This document shows positions 26,990 to 37,134 of a DNA stretch of 46,632 nt, piece after piece. The DNA is from Clostridia bacterium (GTDB lineage: Bacteria > Bacillota > Peptococcia > DRI-13 > DTU073). Positions within the stretch are counted from its first letter, which is position 1, and every line of letters begins with the position of its first letter. Location of the stretch: positions 1-46,632 of the forward strand of contig DUTS01000103.1 in NCBI GenBank assembly GCA_012841935.1. Reading direction: 5' to 3'. Under the pieces are notes generated by a model, which did not search any database, was not told the DNA's origin, and saw only the letters and a list, made by a program, of their open reading frames with translations. A program made the translations under genes and the position numbers.

Positions 26990-28324
26990 GTGGATTTCAC
27001 AAGAATGCAGGAATTATTGCAGTCTCGGCAATATTCCTTATTGAAAAAGGAGTTAAGTAAAGAACAAAATGTAGACATCGCCGAATTTTTGGATGAGCTT
27101 GATGCTAGGTGCACCTTATTGGTTTTTCGGCTGTTACCTAAGGAAATTGCGGCAGATGTCTTTAGTCATTTGTCTGCGGAAAGTCAGGCACAGTTGTCTG
27201 TTTTGGTTAATGAACAGGAACTGCGGGATATTCTGGATGATTTAAAGTTTGATGATAAAATTGACTTTTTGGAAGAAGTGCCGGCTAATGTTGTTAAAAG
27301 GATTTTAAAACATTCTACGGAAACAGAACGAAAATTAATTAATAAGTTTTTAAATTATCCAGAGGATTCCGCGGGCAGCCTTATGGCTATAGAGTTTGTG
27401 GAATTAAAAAAAGAGATGTTAGTTTCTGATGCTTTGGTAAAAATTAGGCAGGGTGCCCCTGGCAAAGAAACTATATATATTTGTTATGTTACAGATAAAA
27501 GTCGTCATTTGGAAGGTGTACTTTCGTTAAGAGAATTGGTGATTGCTTCCCCGGAGCAAAAAATAGAGGAAATTATGAACCGGGAAGTTATTTATGTGCA
27601 TACTTTAGATGATAAGGAAGATGTAGCAGATTTAATTCAAAAGTATGATTTATTGGCTTTACCGGTTACTGATAATGAAAATCGTTTAGTAGGTATAATC
27701 ACTGTTGATGATATTGTGGATGTCATTGAAGAAGAAAGTACGGAAGATATTCACAAGATGGCTACAGTGGGGAAATTAGATGTAAATTTATTAGATGCCA
27801 GCCCTTTTTTATTGGTTAGGAAACGTTTACCTTGGTTGTTAGTTTTAATCTTTATTAATGTTTTTTCTGGTGCTTTTATAGCCTATTATGAGGCTACTAT
27901 TCAAGCTGTAATTGCTTTGGTTTTTTTCCTACCTTTATTAATTGATAGTGCGGGTAATGCTGGTTCACAATCAGCTACCTTGATGATTCGTGCTTTAACT
28001 GTCGGAGATGTGGAATTAAGAGATTGGTTTAAGTTGTTTAGAAAAGAATTTATTATTTCCCTTGTTCTAGGTATTTTTATGGGGCTGGCTGTTTCGGTGA
28101 TTGGAATTTTCCGCGGGGGAATCGATGTGGCCATTGTGGTTTCCTTGACGATGTTGGTTATTGTTTTGGTGGGCAGTATGCTTGGTATGTCTCTGCCATT
28201 TTTATTTAGTAAATTTAAAATTGATCCAGCTGTAGCTAGTGGTCCATTAGTAACCTCAATAGCTGACATCGCGGGTGTTTTAATTTATTTTTCTATTGCC
28301 AGTTGGTATTTGGGAATTCAGTAA
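26990..28324 (+). CDS. mgtE: Magnesium transporter MgtE
   Basis: YPEDSAGSLM, CBS pair, GIITVDD, RLPWL, GNAGSQ, DPAVASGP..T.IAD. Confidence 0.95.
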   Translation: MDFTRMQELLQSRQYSLLKKELSKEQNVDIAEFLDELDARCTLLVFRLLPKEIAADVFSHLSAESQAQLSVLVNEQELRDILDDLKFDDKIDFLEEVPANVVKRILKHSTETERKLINKFLNYPEDSAGSLMAIEFVELKKEMLVSDALVKIRQGAPGKETIYICYVTDKSRHLEGVLSLRELVIASPEQKIEEIMNREVIYVHTLDDKEDVADLIQKYDLLALPVTDNENRLVGIITVDDIVDVIEEESTEDIHKMATVGKLDVNLLDASPFLLVRKRLPWLLVLIFINVFSGAFIAYYEATIQAVIALVFFLPLLIDSAGNAGSQSATLMIRALTVGDVELRDWFKLFRKEFIISLVLGIFMGLAVSVIGIFRGGIDVAIVVSLTMLVIVLVGSMLGMSLPFLFSKFKIDPAVASGPLVTSIADIAGVLIYFSIASWYLGIQ

Positions 28325-28351
28325 AAATCCCCTGTGGGTATTTGGTTAGGT

Positions 28352-29605
28352 CTAAATTTGACTGCAATCCAAATAGCCCTGACCTTGTGTGTAAATATCG
28401 ATCGCATTTAGGGGATGACAATTTTGTAGGAGCTTTGCTTTTATTTTGGTAGGTGTGAGGGTGGGATTGTTCTCTAGTAAAAGAGCAATTATGCCGGCAC
28501 AGAGGGGTGTGGTCATGGAAGTGCCGGAAAGGGCTGTATACCATTTGGTGGGACTAGGTAGTTTTTTGTCTAAAAGCGAGCCCTGGGCATGTGTGCTCAT
28601 GAGGTTATTGCCGGGAAGTAAAAAATCGGGTTTGGGTAAACCATCACGTGTAGGTCCTCTTCCGGAGAATTCCGAAACAGTAGTTAAATTATCTAAAGAA
28701 CCTGTAGTTATAAAATCGGGATGAAAGCCAGGTGAGGTGATACTGCCTTTTTCCGGTCCGCCGTTGCCAGCAGCAGTACAAACTACTATTCCCGCCTGCC
28801 ATATTTTTTCCAAGGCTTGACATAAGGGATCTTCTTGATAAGTTAAAGTAGGTTTGTAGCCAAAAGATAAGGATACTATTTTTATTTTATAGATTTTTTG
28901 ATTGTCTAAAACCCATTCTAAAGCGGTGATCGCTGTAGAAATTTTCCCTAATCCCATTTTATTTAATATTTTTAAACTTACTATTTGAGCTTGATAAGCC
29001 GGCCCTTTATATTTACCCTCTGAGAGGTAGCCATTGCCGGCGGCAAGACCAGTACAGTGGGTACCATGTCCGTTGTCATCATAAGGTGTTGAGATTTGGT
29101 TGACGAAATCGCGAAAAGCTAGTAAGCGTTTTTGGGGTAAAAAAAAGTCTGGATGAGGAGCTAAACCTGTATCTAAAATAGCTAGTGTAATCCCTTTACC
29201 GGAAAGATTATTATCCCAAAGGGTAGGAACATTGGTGATAGGAACAGCTTGGTGCAGTAGTGTGCTAATTTCATGGTCTAAATATATTTTTTTTATGAGG
29301 GGATGAGGAGTTATTTTTCGTAATTTTTGTAGGCTGAGGGTTGTGGAAAGACTGTTAATGATCGTTAATTTTTGATGTTTTCTAAATTGGTCTTGGAGAT
29401 TCTTAATTTTTTCGTAGCTGCGTGTAGGTGCTAATTGAATGATTATTGGTAAACGGCAGAGCCGATACTGAAAAAAACGGTAAATTCTTTGTAAAAAACA
29501 GGGTATTCTTTTTGAGCGGCGATAATGATCAAACAGGCTATCCTTTAAGGCCGGGTCCAGTTTATTTGAAAAAGTACGTATCCAGCGTAATTCGTGAATA
29601 TCCAT
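28352..29605 (-). CDS. S8 serine peptidase, AprX-like (no signal peptide)
   Basis: Catalytic triad LDTG, DDNGHGTH, SGTSM; AAGNGG; AAGGAG RBS before ATG 29605. Confidence 0.9.
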   Translation of the reverse strand: MDIHELRWIRTFSNKLDPALKDSLFDHYRRSKRIPCFLQRIYRFFQYRLCRLPIIIQLAPTRSYEKIKNLQDQFRKHQKLTIINSLSTTLSLQKLRKITPHPLIKKIYLDHEISTLLHQAVPITNVPTLWDNNLSGKGITLAILDTGLAPHPDFFLPQKRLLAFRDFVNQISTPYDDNGHGTHCTGLAAGNGYLSEGKYKGPAYQAQIVSLKILNKMGLGKISTAITALEWVLDNQKIYKIKIVSLSFGYKPTLTYQEDPLCQALEKIWQAGIVVCTAAGNGGPEKGSITSPGFHPDFITTGSLDNLTTVSEFSGRGPTRDGLPKPDFLLPGNNLMSTHAQGSLLDKKLPSPTKWYTALSGTSMTTPLCAGIIALLLENNPTLTPTKIKAKLLQNCHPLNAIDIYTQGQGYLDCSQI

Positions 29606-29632
29606 AGTAAGGCTCCTTTTCAAATTTAATAC

Positions 29633-29660
29633 ATCATACGAAAAGTGAGCCACAAGGGTG
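29633..29660 (-). promoter_or_regulatory. Putative SigK promoter of the S8 peptidase
   Basis: Minus strand CACC-16-CGTATGAT; B. subtilis aprX is SigK-dependent. Confidence 0.4.
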
Positions 29661-29694
29661 AATATGACAGACTGTTGGGAAAACTTTGATAAAA

Positions 29695-29769
29695 TATAAA
29701 AGAAATTGCCCCACGGAAGGGACAATTCCTTTTATGGAAAGAGGGAGTATAGTTAAAAAAGGAACTTAC
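29695..29769 (-). ncRNA. Putative ~75-nt CU-rich small RNA
   Basis: Minus-strand promoter TTGCTT-17-TATAAT with TG (29803-29775). Transcript GUAAGUUCCUUUUUU..ACUCCCUCUUUCC, then terminator GGAAUUGUCCC/GGGGCAAUUUC-UUUU. No ORF inside. Confidence 0.6.
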
Positions 29770-29932
29770 AACTTATTATAACACGGGCAAGTTGTCGAAG
29801 CAAGAAAAACTTACCGTTTTTATTGAAAAAGTTAAATAAATTTTTCACCCGAATTCTAAATAGTAGCGAATGCTTTAAAAACTGTTTAAATATGTTACAA
29901 TTGGAATAGTATAAAACATGGGGGATGAAATA

Positions 29933-31600
29933 ATGGACTTAAAAAAATTAAGTTGGCTGGGAATGCTTTTTTTTATCATTGGTTTGAGTTTCTCTCAAGT
30001 TGTCATGGCTGATGGATTCCCTGATATAAAAAATCATTGGGCCGAAGAATCGATTGAGGTTTGGTTGGCTCGCGGCTATGTAAATGGTTATCCAGATGGC
30101 CATTTTCGACCAGATGATTTTATTACTCAGGCGGAATTTTGTGCTTTATTTAATCGGGTTTTTGGTTTTAAAGTAGGTGCAGATTATCCCGGTAAAGATG
30201 TACCAGAAGGCAAATGGTATACCGCTGAAATGAAACGGGCGATTGCTGCTGGTTATTTAAGTAGTGATGGTAAGTTAGATCCTCAAGGAATAATTACTCG
30301 TAAGCAAGTAGCCATAAGTTTGGGTAGAGTTTTGTCCTTATCTGCGGTACCGCGTGATCATTATAGCCAATTTAAGGATTTAGGAGAAATTGATTTAGCT
30401 GCAGCAATGGCTATTAATACTGTTCTGGATAAAAAATATATGGGAGGTCAGCTTGGTAATTGTTTTTATCCAGAACAAGGCATTACCAGAGCTGAGTTGC
30501 TTGCAGTTTTGGACCGGGTGGCGGGTAAATTGTATGATCGGCCGGGTGTTTATGGTACACCTTATGATAAATTGGTTATTGAGGGCAATGTCTTAATTAA
30601 TACTCGTAATGTAACTTTACGTAATGTGGCTATTAATGGTGATTTAAATATTGCTCCTGGTATTGGTGATGGTTCTGTTACTTTGATTAATGTTACTGTA
30701 AGGGGAGAAACTAAATTTGGTGGAGGAGCTATTATTAATGATTGTACCTTGGGGCAAGTTGTGGTCACTTCCCCCTATAAACATAAAATTCGTTTGTTGG
30801 CTCAAGGTACTACTGTGATTGGTCTTACTAAGGTGCGAGTGCCGGTAATTCTCGAAGAAGCTAATTTGGTGGGACAGGGGTTTAGTGAGGTTACCTTTAA
30901 TGTAGCACGCGGTAGTGAACTTGATTTACGAGGAAATTTTAAGCGAATTGTTTTGGAAGGAGTAGACGTAAAATTAAATTTGGGGTGTGGTAAAATTGAT
31001 TACCTTTCACTGCCATTAGCTGCACAGGGTGTCCGAGTAGATTTGGCGGAAGCGGTAGATCTAAAAAAAGTGGAAGTGGTTTGCCGGGCTACTTTTACTG
31101 GTTGGGGAAATATTAACCAGGCTTTTGTGTATGCCCGCGGTGTTAATTTTGAATTATTTCCGGAAAAGGTGACTGTGGCTCCTGGAATAACGGCTTTGGT
31201 TTGTGGACGTGTTGTATCTGGTACTTATACAGGTGAAGTAAGGCGGGATGTGTGGCCTTATTTTAAAAGCAATTATCCGCAAATTTGGCAGGTAGGAAGT
31301 TCGGGCTTTACTTTGTCTTGTAAAACCAATACAGCCTGTCAGGCTTATTATGTTGTCTGTGAGGCTGGGGATGATTCACCATTGGCTTCTCAAATAATTA
31401 AGGGCTTAGATGCATTTGGCCGCCGTTTGCCGGTGGAATATCGGGGAGTAATTAATTTAGAAGCAAATCAAGAAAAAAGTGTACGTATAGGTAGTTTGGA
31501 ATCAGATTTATGTTATAATGTCTTTATTGTTTTAAAAAAACAAGGGGTGAACATGGAGCCTGTTGTTTATAAACAAAAGGTTACAACAAGGAGAAAATAA
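29933..31600 (+). CDS. Secreted S-layer homology (SLH) domain protein
   Basis: Signal peptide, FPDIKNHWA..GYPDGHFRPD..IT.AEF, further ITR motifs, beta-rich central region. Confidence 0.88.
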   Translation: MDLKKLSWLGMLFFIIGLSFSQVVMADGFPDIKNHWAEESIEVWLARGYVNGYPDGHFRPDDFITQAEFCALFNRVFGFKVGADYPGKDVPEGKWYTAEMKRAIAAGYLSSDGKLDPQGIITRKQVAISLGRVLSLSAVPRDHYSQFKDLGEIDLAAAMAINTVLDKKYMGGQLGNCFYPEQGITRAELLAVLDRVAGKLYDRPGVYGTPYDKLVIEGNVLINTRNVTLRNVAINGDLNIAPGIGDGSVTLINVTVRGETKFGGGAIINDCTLGQVVVTSPYKHKIRLLAQGTTVIGLTKVRVPVILEEANLVGQGFSEVTFNVARGSELDLRGNFKRIVLEGVDVKLNLGCGKIDYLSLPLAAQGVRVDLAEAVDLKKVEVVCRATFTGWGNINQAFVYARGVNFELFPEKVTVAPGITALVCGRVVSGTYTGEVRRDVWPYFKSNYPQIWQVGSSGFTLSCKTNTACQAYYVVCEAGDDSPLASQIIKGLDAFGRRLPVEYRGVINLEANQEKSVRIGSLESDLCYNVFIVLKKQGVNMEPVVYKQKVTTRRK

Positions 31601-31602
31601 AA

Positions 31603-32943
31603 ATGCTAGTAATTATCGTCGGAGCAGGAAAAATAGGATTTAATTTAGCAAAAATTTTAGCTAGGGAAGATTATGATGTAGTCTTAATTGAAAAGGAAAA
31701 AGCTGAGGTAGAAAATTTAGAAGAGTATTTGGATATACAGGTTTTGATCGGTGATGGTGTAAAAAGAAGTGTGCTAGAAAAAGCGGGAGTGCAAGCTGCT
31801 GATTTGTTTATTGCTGTAACCGCGAGTGATGAGGTTAATTTGGTGGCCTGTATGGTAGCTAAAACTTATGGATCTATAAAAACAGTGGCACGGGTAAGGA
31901 ATCCGGAATATGCTTATCTAAGTAGACGTAAAAAAGAAACTTTTCCTGGGGTGGATTATTTTATTAACCCCGAATTGATTTTAGCCAAAGAAATAATTAA
32001 ATTAATTGATGTCCCCGAGGCTTTGGACGTTGTTTATTATGCTGAAGGGAAAATACAACTTTTAGAGTTGAAGATTACGGCTGAGGCTCCCATTGTCAAA
32101 CGACAAATTAAAGATTTGAAAGCAAGTAATGTTTTTTTGATCGCGGCTATTGTACGTGATGAACAAGTAATTATTCCCCGCGGGGAAGATTTTATTTATC
32201 CTGATGATACTATTTTTGTATTGGCTAAAACTAAAGAAATGATTGCCGTAGAGCATTTTTTGGGCACCAAGCGGACACAAGTGGAACATATTATGATTTT
32301 TGGGGGTAATTATACGGCATATCATTTAGCCTCTATTTTGGAAATACGGGGTTATCAGGTTAAAATTATTGAACCAGATTATCAAAAAGGGGTGGAACTG
32401 TCTCAGCAGTTGCAAACAGCCATGGTTCTGCATGGTAATCCTACTGACCTTAATTTTTTAGCTAATGAAGGTATAGATAATATTGATGTTTTTGTTAGTT
32501 TAGCCACTGATGATCAACTCAATCTTTTAGTTAGTCTAATTGTTAAGGATTTGGGGGTACGGCGTACTGTTGCCCGGGTGGGGCGAACAGATTATTTGGC
32601 TTTATTGGAAAAAGTGGGTTTGGATATTGGGATTAGTCCTTGGGTTTTAATTGCTAATCGAATTTTACGTTTTATTCGTCATGAACATGATCTGCTTTCT
32701 ATTACCCTGTTGGGTAATGAGCATGCTGAAATGGCCGAATTGCTTGTTACTGAAAATTCACCAGTGGCCTATCGACAATTAAAAGTTTTGGATTTTCCTA
32801 GAGGTTCATTGGTTGGTTCTATTTACCGAGAACGGGAAGTTATTATTCCGCGAGGAGATGATTTTTTAAAACCTGGTGATCACATTACTCTGTTTGCTTT
32901 ACCGGATGTAGCAGCAAAAGCGATAAAATATATTACTGGATAA
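31603..32943 (+). CDS. trkA: Trk potassium uptake protein TrkA
   Basis: IVGAGKIG, two RCK N/C pairs, IIPRG twice. Confidence 0.93.
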   Translation: MLVIIVGAGKIGFNLAKILAREDYDVVLIEKEKAEVENLEEYLDIQVLIGDGVKRSVLEKAGVQAADLFIAVTASDEVNLVACMVAKTYGSIKTVARVRNPEYAYLSRRKKETFPGVDYFINPELILAKEIIKLIDVPEALDVVYYAEGKIQLLELKITAEAPIVKRQIKDLKASNVFLIAAIVRDEQVIIPRGEDFIYPDDTIFVLAKTKEMIAVEHFLGTKRTQVEHIMIFGGNYTAYHLASILEIRGYQVKIIEPDYQKGVELSQQLQTAMVLHGNPTDLNFLANEGIDNIDVFVSLATDDQLNLLVSLIVKDLGVRRTVARVGRTDYLALLEKVGLDIGISPWVLIANRILRFIRHEHDLLSITLLGNEHAEMAELLVTENSPVAYRQLKVLDFPRGSLVGSIYREREVIIPRGDDFLKPGDHITLFALPDVAAKAIKYITG

Positions 32944-32956
32944 TGAAGGTGTAGCT

Positions 32957-34393
32957 ATGAATTGGCAGCAAATTTCTTATTCCTTAAGTTCTCTTTTAAT
33001 TTTGACGGGTATAGCTATGTTGTGGCCATGGGGTTGGTCATTATATTATGGGGAAGCAGACTCCTCGGCGTTATTGGGGGCTGCATTGATAACATTATTG
33101 GTCGGCTTAAGTTGGCGAAAAAGCACTAAACCGATTGGTGAATTATATAATAAAGAAACTTTTTGTTTAGTTACTTTTGCCTGGCTATTGGTTTCTTTGG
33201 TGGGTACATTACCTTATTTATTTACGGGGACTTTTACTACTTTCGCTGATGCATTTTTTGAATCATTATCTGGTTTTACGGCTACTGGGGCTACTGTTTT
33301 AAATGACCTTGAAGTTTTATCTCATGGTGTTTTGTTTTGGCGTAGTTTGACTCATTGGTTAGGCGGCTTGGGTATCATTGTCTTATTTTTAATTCTAGTT
33401 CCATCGGCAAATTTAGGTGGAGTGCGGATTTGGCAAACCGAAACCCCCGGGGGCAACATGACGGCTAAGTTTAGGCCGCGGGTGCGGGAGACTGCCAAAA
33501 TGCTTTGGTTGATTTATTTATTAATGACCATCGCGGAAACGGTTTTCTTGTGGATTGGGGGTCTGTCTTTTTTTGATGCTTTATGTCATTCTTTTGGCAC
33601 TATAGCTACTGCGGGTTTTTCTACTAAAAATGCTAGTATCGGGGCTTATAATTCGGTGATTCAATGGATTATTATTATTTTTATGTTTCTAGCCGGCACC
33701 AATTTTGTCCTATATTATCAGTTTTTTTTAACCAGGCGGATTAGTGTTTTTACACGTAATAGTGAGTTTAAATTATATCTTTTTTTGGTAGGTATTGCGA
33801 CAAGCGTTATTTTTATTGGCAGTTATTCACAAGTTGGGCTAACGTTTCGGGAAGTTGTTTTTCAGGTAGTTTCCTTATTAACTACTACTGGCTATAGTAC
33901 GGCGGATTTTGCCCTCTGGCCAAGTTTTGGACAGGTAATTTTAGTGGTGTTGATGTTTATGGGGGGTTGTGTAGGCTCAACAAGTGGTGGCCTTAAAATT
34001 AGAAGAGTCCTTATTTTGCTTAAACAAGTACAATTGGGTTTAAAGCAAACCCTTCATCCTCAAGCTATTTTAGATTTAAAAATTGACGGAGAAAGCATTT
34101 CACCAAAAGTAGTGGTGAATGTACTGCGTTTTTTCTTTCTTTATTGTCTCTTAATTTTTTTGGGGACAATGAGTTTAACACTGGAAGGACTTGATTTAGT
34201 AACTGCCTTTACTGCCGCAGTAGCTAGTTTGGGTAATATTGGTCCAGGACTTGCTGGGGTGGGTCCAAGTCAAAATTATGGTTTTTTATCTGCTGGAGGA
34301 AAGTTTTTATTATCTTTTATGATGCTTTTGGGTCGTTTGGAACTTTACGCGGTTTTGGTTTTACTACAGCCCTCCTTTTGGCGTCGGGGCTAG
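32957..34393 (+). CDS. trkH: Trk potassium uptake membrane protein TrkH
   Basis: FESLSGFTATG, WLGGLGII, TAGFS, TTTGY, GSTSGGLK, GNIGPG, GRLE. Confidence 0.93.
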   Translation: MNWQQISYSLSSLLILTGIAMLWPWGWSLYYGEADSSALLGAALITLLVGLSWRKSTKPIGELYNKETFCLVTFAWLLVSLVGTLPYLFTGTFTTFADAFFESLSGFTATGATVLNDLEVLSHGVLFWRSLTHWLGGLGIIVLFLILVPSANLGGVRIWQTETPGGNMTAKFRPRVRETAKMLWLIYLLMTIAETVFLWIGGLSFFDALCHSFGTIATAGFSTKNASIGAYNSVIQWIIIIFMFLAGTNFVLYYQFFLTRRISVFTRNSEFKLYLFLVGIATSVIFIGSYSQVGLTFREVVFQVVSLLTTTGYSTADFALWPSFGQVILVVLMFMGGCVGSTSGGLKIRRVLILLKQVQLGLKQTLHPQAILDLKIDGESISPKVVVNVLRFFFLYCLLIFLGTMSLTLEGLDLVTAFTAAVASLGNIGPGLAGVGPSQNYGFLSAGGKFLLSFMMLLGRLELYAVLVLLQPSFWRRG

Positions 34394-34445
34394 AGTAAGC
34401 AAATTAGGTTAAAACATGATAGAATTAGATTAAAGGTAGAGGTCT

Positions 34446-35333
34446 ATGTTTAAAATTATTTGTAAGGCTTATGGGAAAATTAACTTAACTTTAGATGTTT
34501 TGGGGCAAAGGGATGACGGCTATCATGAAATTATTACCCTTTTACAGGGTATTAATCTTTATGATTTGGTTCATTTAACTCCTCAGGCAGTCGGGATAGA
34601 AATAACCTGTAATTTACCTGCTTTAGCTTCCAAAGAAAATTTGGCTTATCAAGCTGCTAATTTGCTAACAAAGAATTATCCGCAAATTACGGGTTTGCGG
34701 ATTCATTTGGAAAAAAATATTCCTTTGGCAGCGGGTTTAGGTGGTGGCAGTGCCGATGCAGCCATGGTTCTCTGGGGCTGTAATTATTTATTTGATTTGG
34801 GATTATCATTAAGTGAATTAGCTTATTGGGGTGCCTGTATAGGTTCTGATGTGCCTTTTTGCCTTTATCCACTTACGGCTATTGGCACTGGTCGGGGTGA
34901 AAAGTTAACTTACCTTCCCCCCTGCCCTCAATTGGAATTACTGTTATTAAAACCACCTTTTTCAGTTTCTACTCGAGAAGTATATCAATATTTAGCGGCT
35001 GTAGACATAAAAAAGCGGCCGCAGATTAACACTGTTATTAAGGCTTGTCAAACAGCTAATAAGGCACAAATTTATGCTGGCTGTGGCAATGTTTTACAAA
35101 AGGCCACTTTTGCATTATATCCGCAATTAAAGGAATGGGTCAGACAAATTGAAGATTTGGGGGTTGAAAAAGTAATCATGGCTGGTAGTGGACCTACTTT
35201 AATTGTTTTTGAGGAAGAAAAAGAGAAAATAGCAAAATTAATAACCCGGTTCTCCAAACCCGGTTGGCAGGTGGAGGTAGTGCGTACATTAAATAGCAAG
35301 GACTTACGGGGGAGGATGATTATTAGTGACTGA
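34446..35333 (+). CDS. ispE: 4-diphosphocytidyl-2C-methyl-D-erythritol kinase
   Basis: KINLTLDV..R.DGYH, KNIPLAAGLGGGSADAA, GSDVPF, MAGSGPT. Confidence 0.95.
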   Translation: MFKIICKAYGKINLTLDVLGQRDDGYHEIITLLQGINLYDLVHLTPQAVGIEITCNLPALASKENLAYQAANLLTKNYPQITGLRIHLEKNIPLAAGLGGGSADAAMVLWGCNYLFDLGLSLSELAYWGACIGSDVPFCLYPLTAIGTGRGEKLTYLPPCPQLELLLLKPPFSVSTREVYQYLAAVDIKKRPQINTVIKACQTANKAQIYAGCGNVLQKATFALYPQLKEWVRQIEDLGVEKVIMAGSGPTLIVFEEEKEKIAKLITRFSKPGWQVEVVRTLNSKDLRGRMIISD

Positions 35334-36012
35334 ACGGCGTTTTCAAGTATTAAAATTAAATAATTTTAAACCTTTACGTGAAGTAGTTTTTGAAACTTTA
35401 CGAGAGGCCATTATTAAAGGAGTGTTAAAACCTGGAGAGCGTTTAATGGAAAAGCAATTGGCGGAAAATATGGGAGTTAGCCGTACTCCGGTACGGGAGG
35501 CTATTCGTAAATTAGAATTAGAGGGTTTTGTCAGGGTGATTCCACGTAAAGGAACCTATGTTTCCGAAATATCCTTTACTGATGTACGGGAGATTTATGA
35601 AATAAGGGCTTCATTGGAGGCTTTGGCTTGTGGGTTAGCGGCCCAAAGAGCTGCTCCCGAACAAATAGAGGAAATGAAGCGCTACTTGGCCGAAGAAAAG
35701 GATTATTTAGTTATTGAGGATTTGAGTTTGACGGTAAAAACAGATGTCGGTTTACATGAATTAATTTATCAGGCTACTTCTAATGAAAGAATTATGGGGA
35801 TCATGAATAATTTAAAAAAGCATTTATACCGTTTACGCAGTACTTCACTTGCTTATCCGGGACGTAAGGAAAAAAGTTTAGAGGAGCACCAGGAAATCGT
35901 GCAGGCAATTGCCAAACGTGATGTTGAATTAGCACAAAAATTGGGGAAGGAGCATATTTTACGAGCCCAGGCCACAATGTTTGCTTTATTAAGTAAAGGG
36001 GAATTTAAATGA
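35326..36012 (+). CDS. GntR (FCD) family transcriptional regulator
   Basis: PLREVVFETLREAI, GVSRTPVREA, EEH..I. Confidence 0.92.
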   Translation: MTERRFQVLKLNNFKPLREVVFETLREAIIKGVLKPGERLMEKQLAENMGVSRTPVREAIRKLELEGFVRVIPRKGTYVSEISFTDVREIYEIRASLEALACGLAAQRAAPEQIEEMKRYLAEEKDYLVIEDLSLTVKTDVGLHELIYQATSNERIMGIMNNLKKHLYRLRSTSLAYPGRKEKSLEEHQEIVQAIAKRDVELAQKLGKEHILRAQATMFALLSKGEFK

Positions 36013-36767
36013 CGGTAGCCCTTGTTTTGGCCGGAGGCCTAAAACCAGAACTTAGTCCTGGTGAATTAAAGGCTGAGGCTTTAATTCAAATTGGTGAGAA
36101 TTATATGGTAGAATATGTGGTTGAGGCTTTGGCTGCTCTTGACGAAATTAAGCAAATTGTTATTTCTGGCCCGCGTGAAATTGAAAAACTTTATACTACC
36201 TCTACTATAAAAGTGGTGCCGCGAGGAACTACTTTGGTAAAAAGTTTTACTAAGGCTTATCAAAAAGTACCTTTGGATACACGGCAAATTTTAGTGGTAA
36301 CAGGTGATCTGCCCTTATTATCGCCCCAAGCTGTCCGGCATTTTTTACATACTTGTCATTATTTGAACGGGGATTTATTTTATCCTTTGATTAAACGTGA
36401 GGATTGTGAAGCTAAATATCCGGGGATGGAAAGAACCTATATTCGTTTTCGGGAAGGAGTTTTTACTGGTGGTAATTTACTGTTAATTAAATCAGCGGTA
36501 GTAGAGCAGTGTTTGCCTTTGGTGGAGGATTTTATTTATTTGCGAAAAAAACCTTGGGCGATGGTGGTCCGTTTAAATCGAAAATTATTATGGGCTTTAC
36601 TTTTAAAAAGGCTTTCGCTCCAGGATGTAGAAAAAGAAGCAGCTCGTTTATTGGGTGGTGTGCGGGGTGTAGCTGTTTGTTCACCTTTCCCGGAAATAGG
36701 TTTTGATGTGGACAAAGCGAGTGATTTGGCATTAGTGAAAAAACTGTTATCAGCACGAAAAAACTAA
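36009..36767 (+). CDS. Nucleotidyltransferase family protein (MobA-like NTP transferase)
   Basis: VLAGG, GDLPL, FTGGN, FDVDK. Confidence 0.8.
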   Translation: MTVALVLAGGLKPELSPGELKAEALIQIGENYMVEYVVEALAALDEIKQIVISGPREIEKLYTTSTIKVVPRGTTLVKSFTKAYQKVPLDTRQILVVTGDLPLLSPQAVRHFLHTCHYLNGDLFYPLIKREDCEAKYPGMERTYIRFREGVFTGGNLLLIKSAVVEQCLPLVEDFIYLRKKPWAMVVRLNRKLLWALLLKRLSLQDVEKEAARLLGGVRGVAVCSPFPEIGFDVDKASDLALVKKLLSARKN

Positions 36768-36792
36768 ATTATGGGAAATTTCTCAAAGAAAA

Positions 36793-36819
36793 GCAGGAAA
36801 TAACATTTTTGTGACGAAT
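36793..36819 (+). promoter_or_regulatory. SigH promoter of spoVG
   Basis: GCAGGAAAT-11-GACGAAT with A-rich upstream element; spoVG is the classic SigH promoter. Confidence 0.8.
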
Positions 36820-36869
36820 AAGAAGTAGATGAACGGGATGTATTTGTCTAGGGAAGGTGGTGAAATAGT

Positions 36870-37127
36870 TTGTTGAATATTACGGATATACGGATTAGAA
36901 AGATAAATTATGAGGGAAAAATGAAAGCAATTGTTTCCATAACGTTTGATGATGCCTTTGTAGTTCATGATGTTAAAGTGGTAGAAGGGAATAATGGTTT
37001 ATTTGTGGCCATGCCTAGTCGCAAAATGCCTGACGGGGAATTTCGGGATATCGCCCATCCCATTTCTTCTGAGGCACGGGAAATAATTCAAACCGCTGTT
37101 TTAAAGGCTTATGAAGAAGCCATTTAG
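36870..37127 (+). CDS. spoVG: Septation regulator SpoVG
   Basis: [32 protein letters not shown]. Confidence 0.96.
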   Translation: MLNITDIRIRKINYEGKMKAIVSITFDDAFVVHDVKVVEGNNGLFVAMPSRKMPDGEFRDIAHPISSEAREIIQTAVLKAYEEAI

Positions 37128-37134
37128 TGAGTAC

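Noticed and set aside
29606..29725. N-terminal extension of the S8 peptidase given by the ORF track
   Set aside because: The RBS-supported ATG is at 29605; the extension overlaps a putative promoter and a terminator.
29736..29752. yybP-ykoY (Mn2+) riboswitch, suggested by AAAGAGGGAGTA
   Set aside because: Downstream conserved elements are lacking; better explained as the complement of the CU-rich seed of the minus-strand sRNA.
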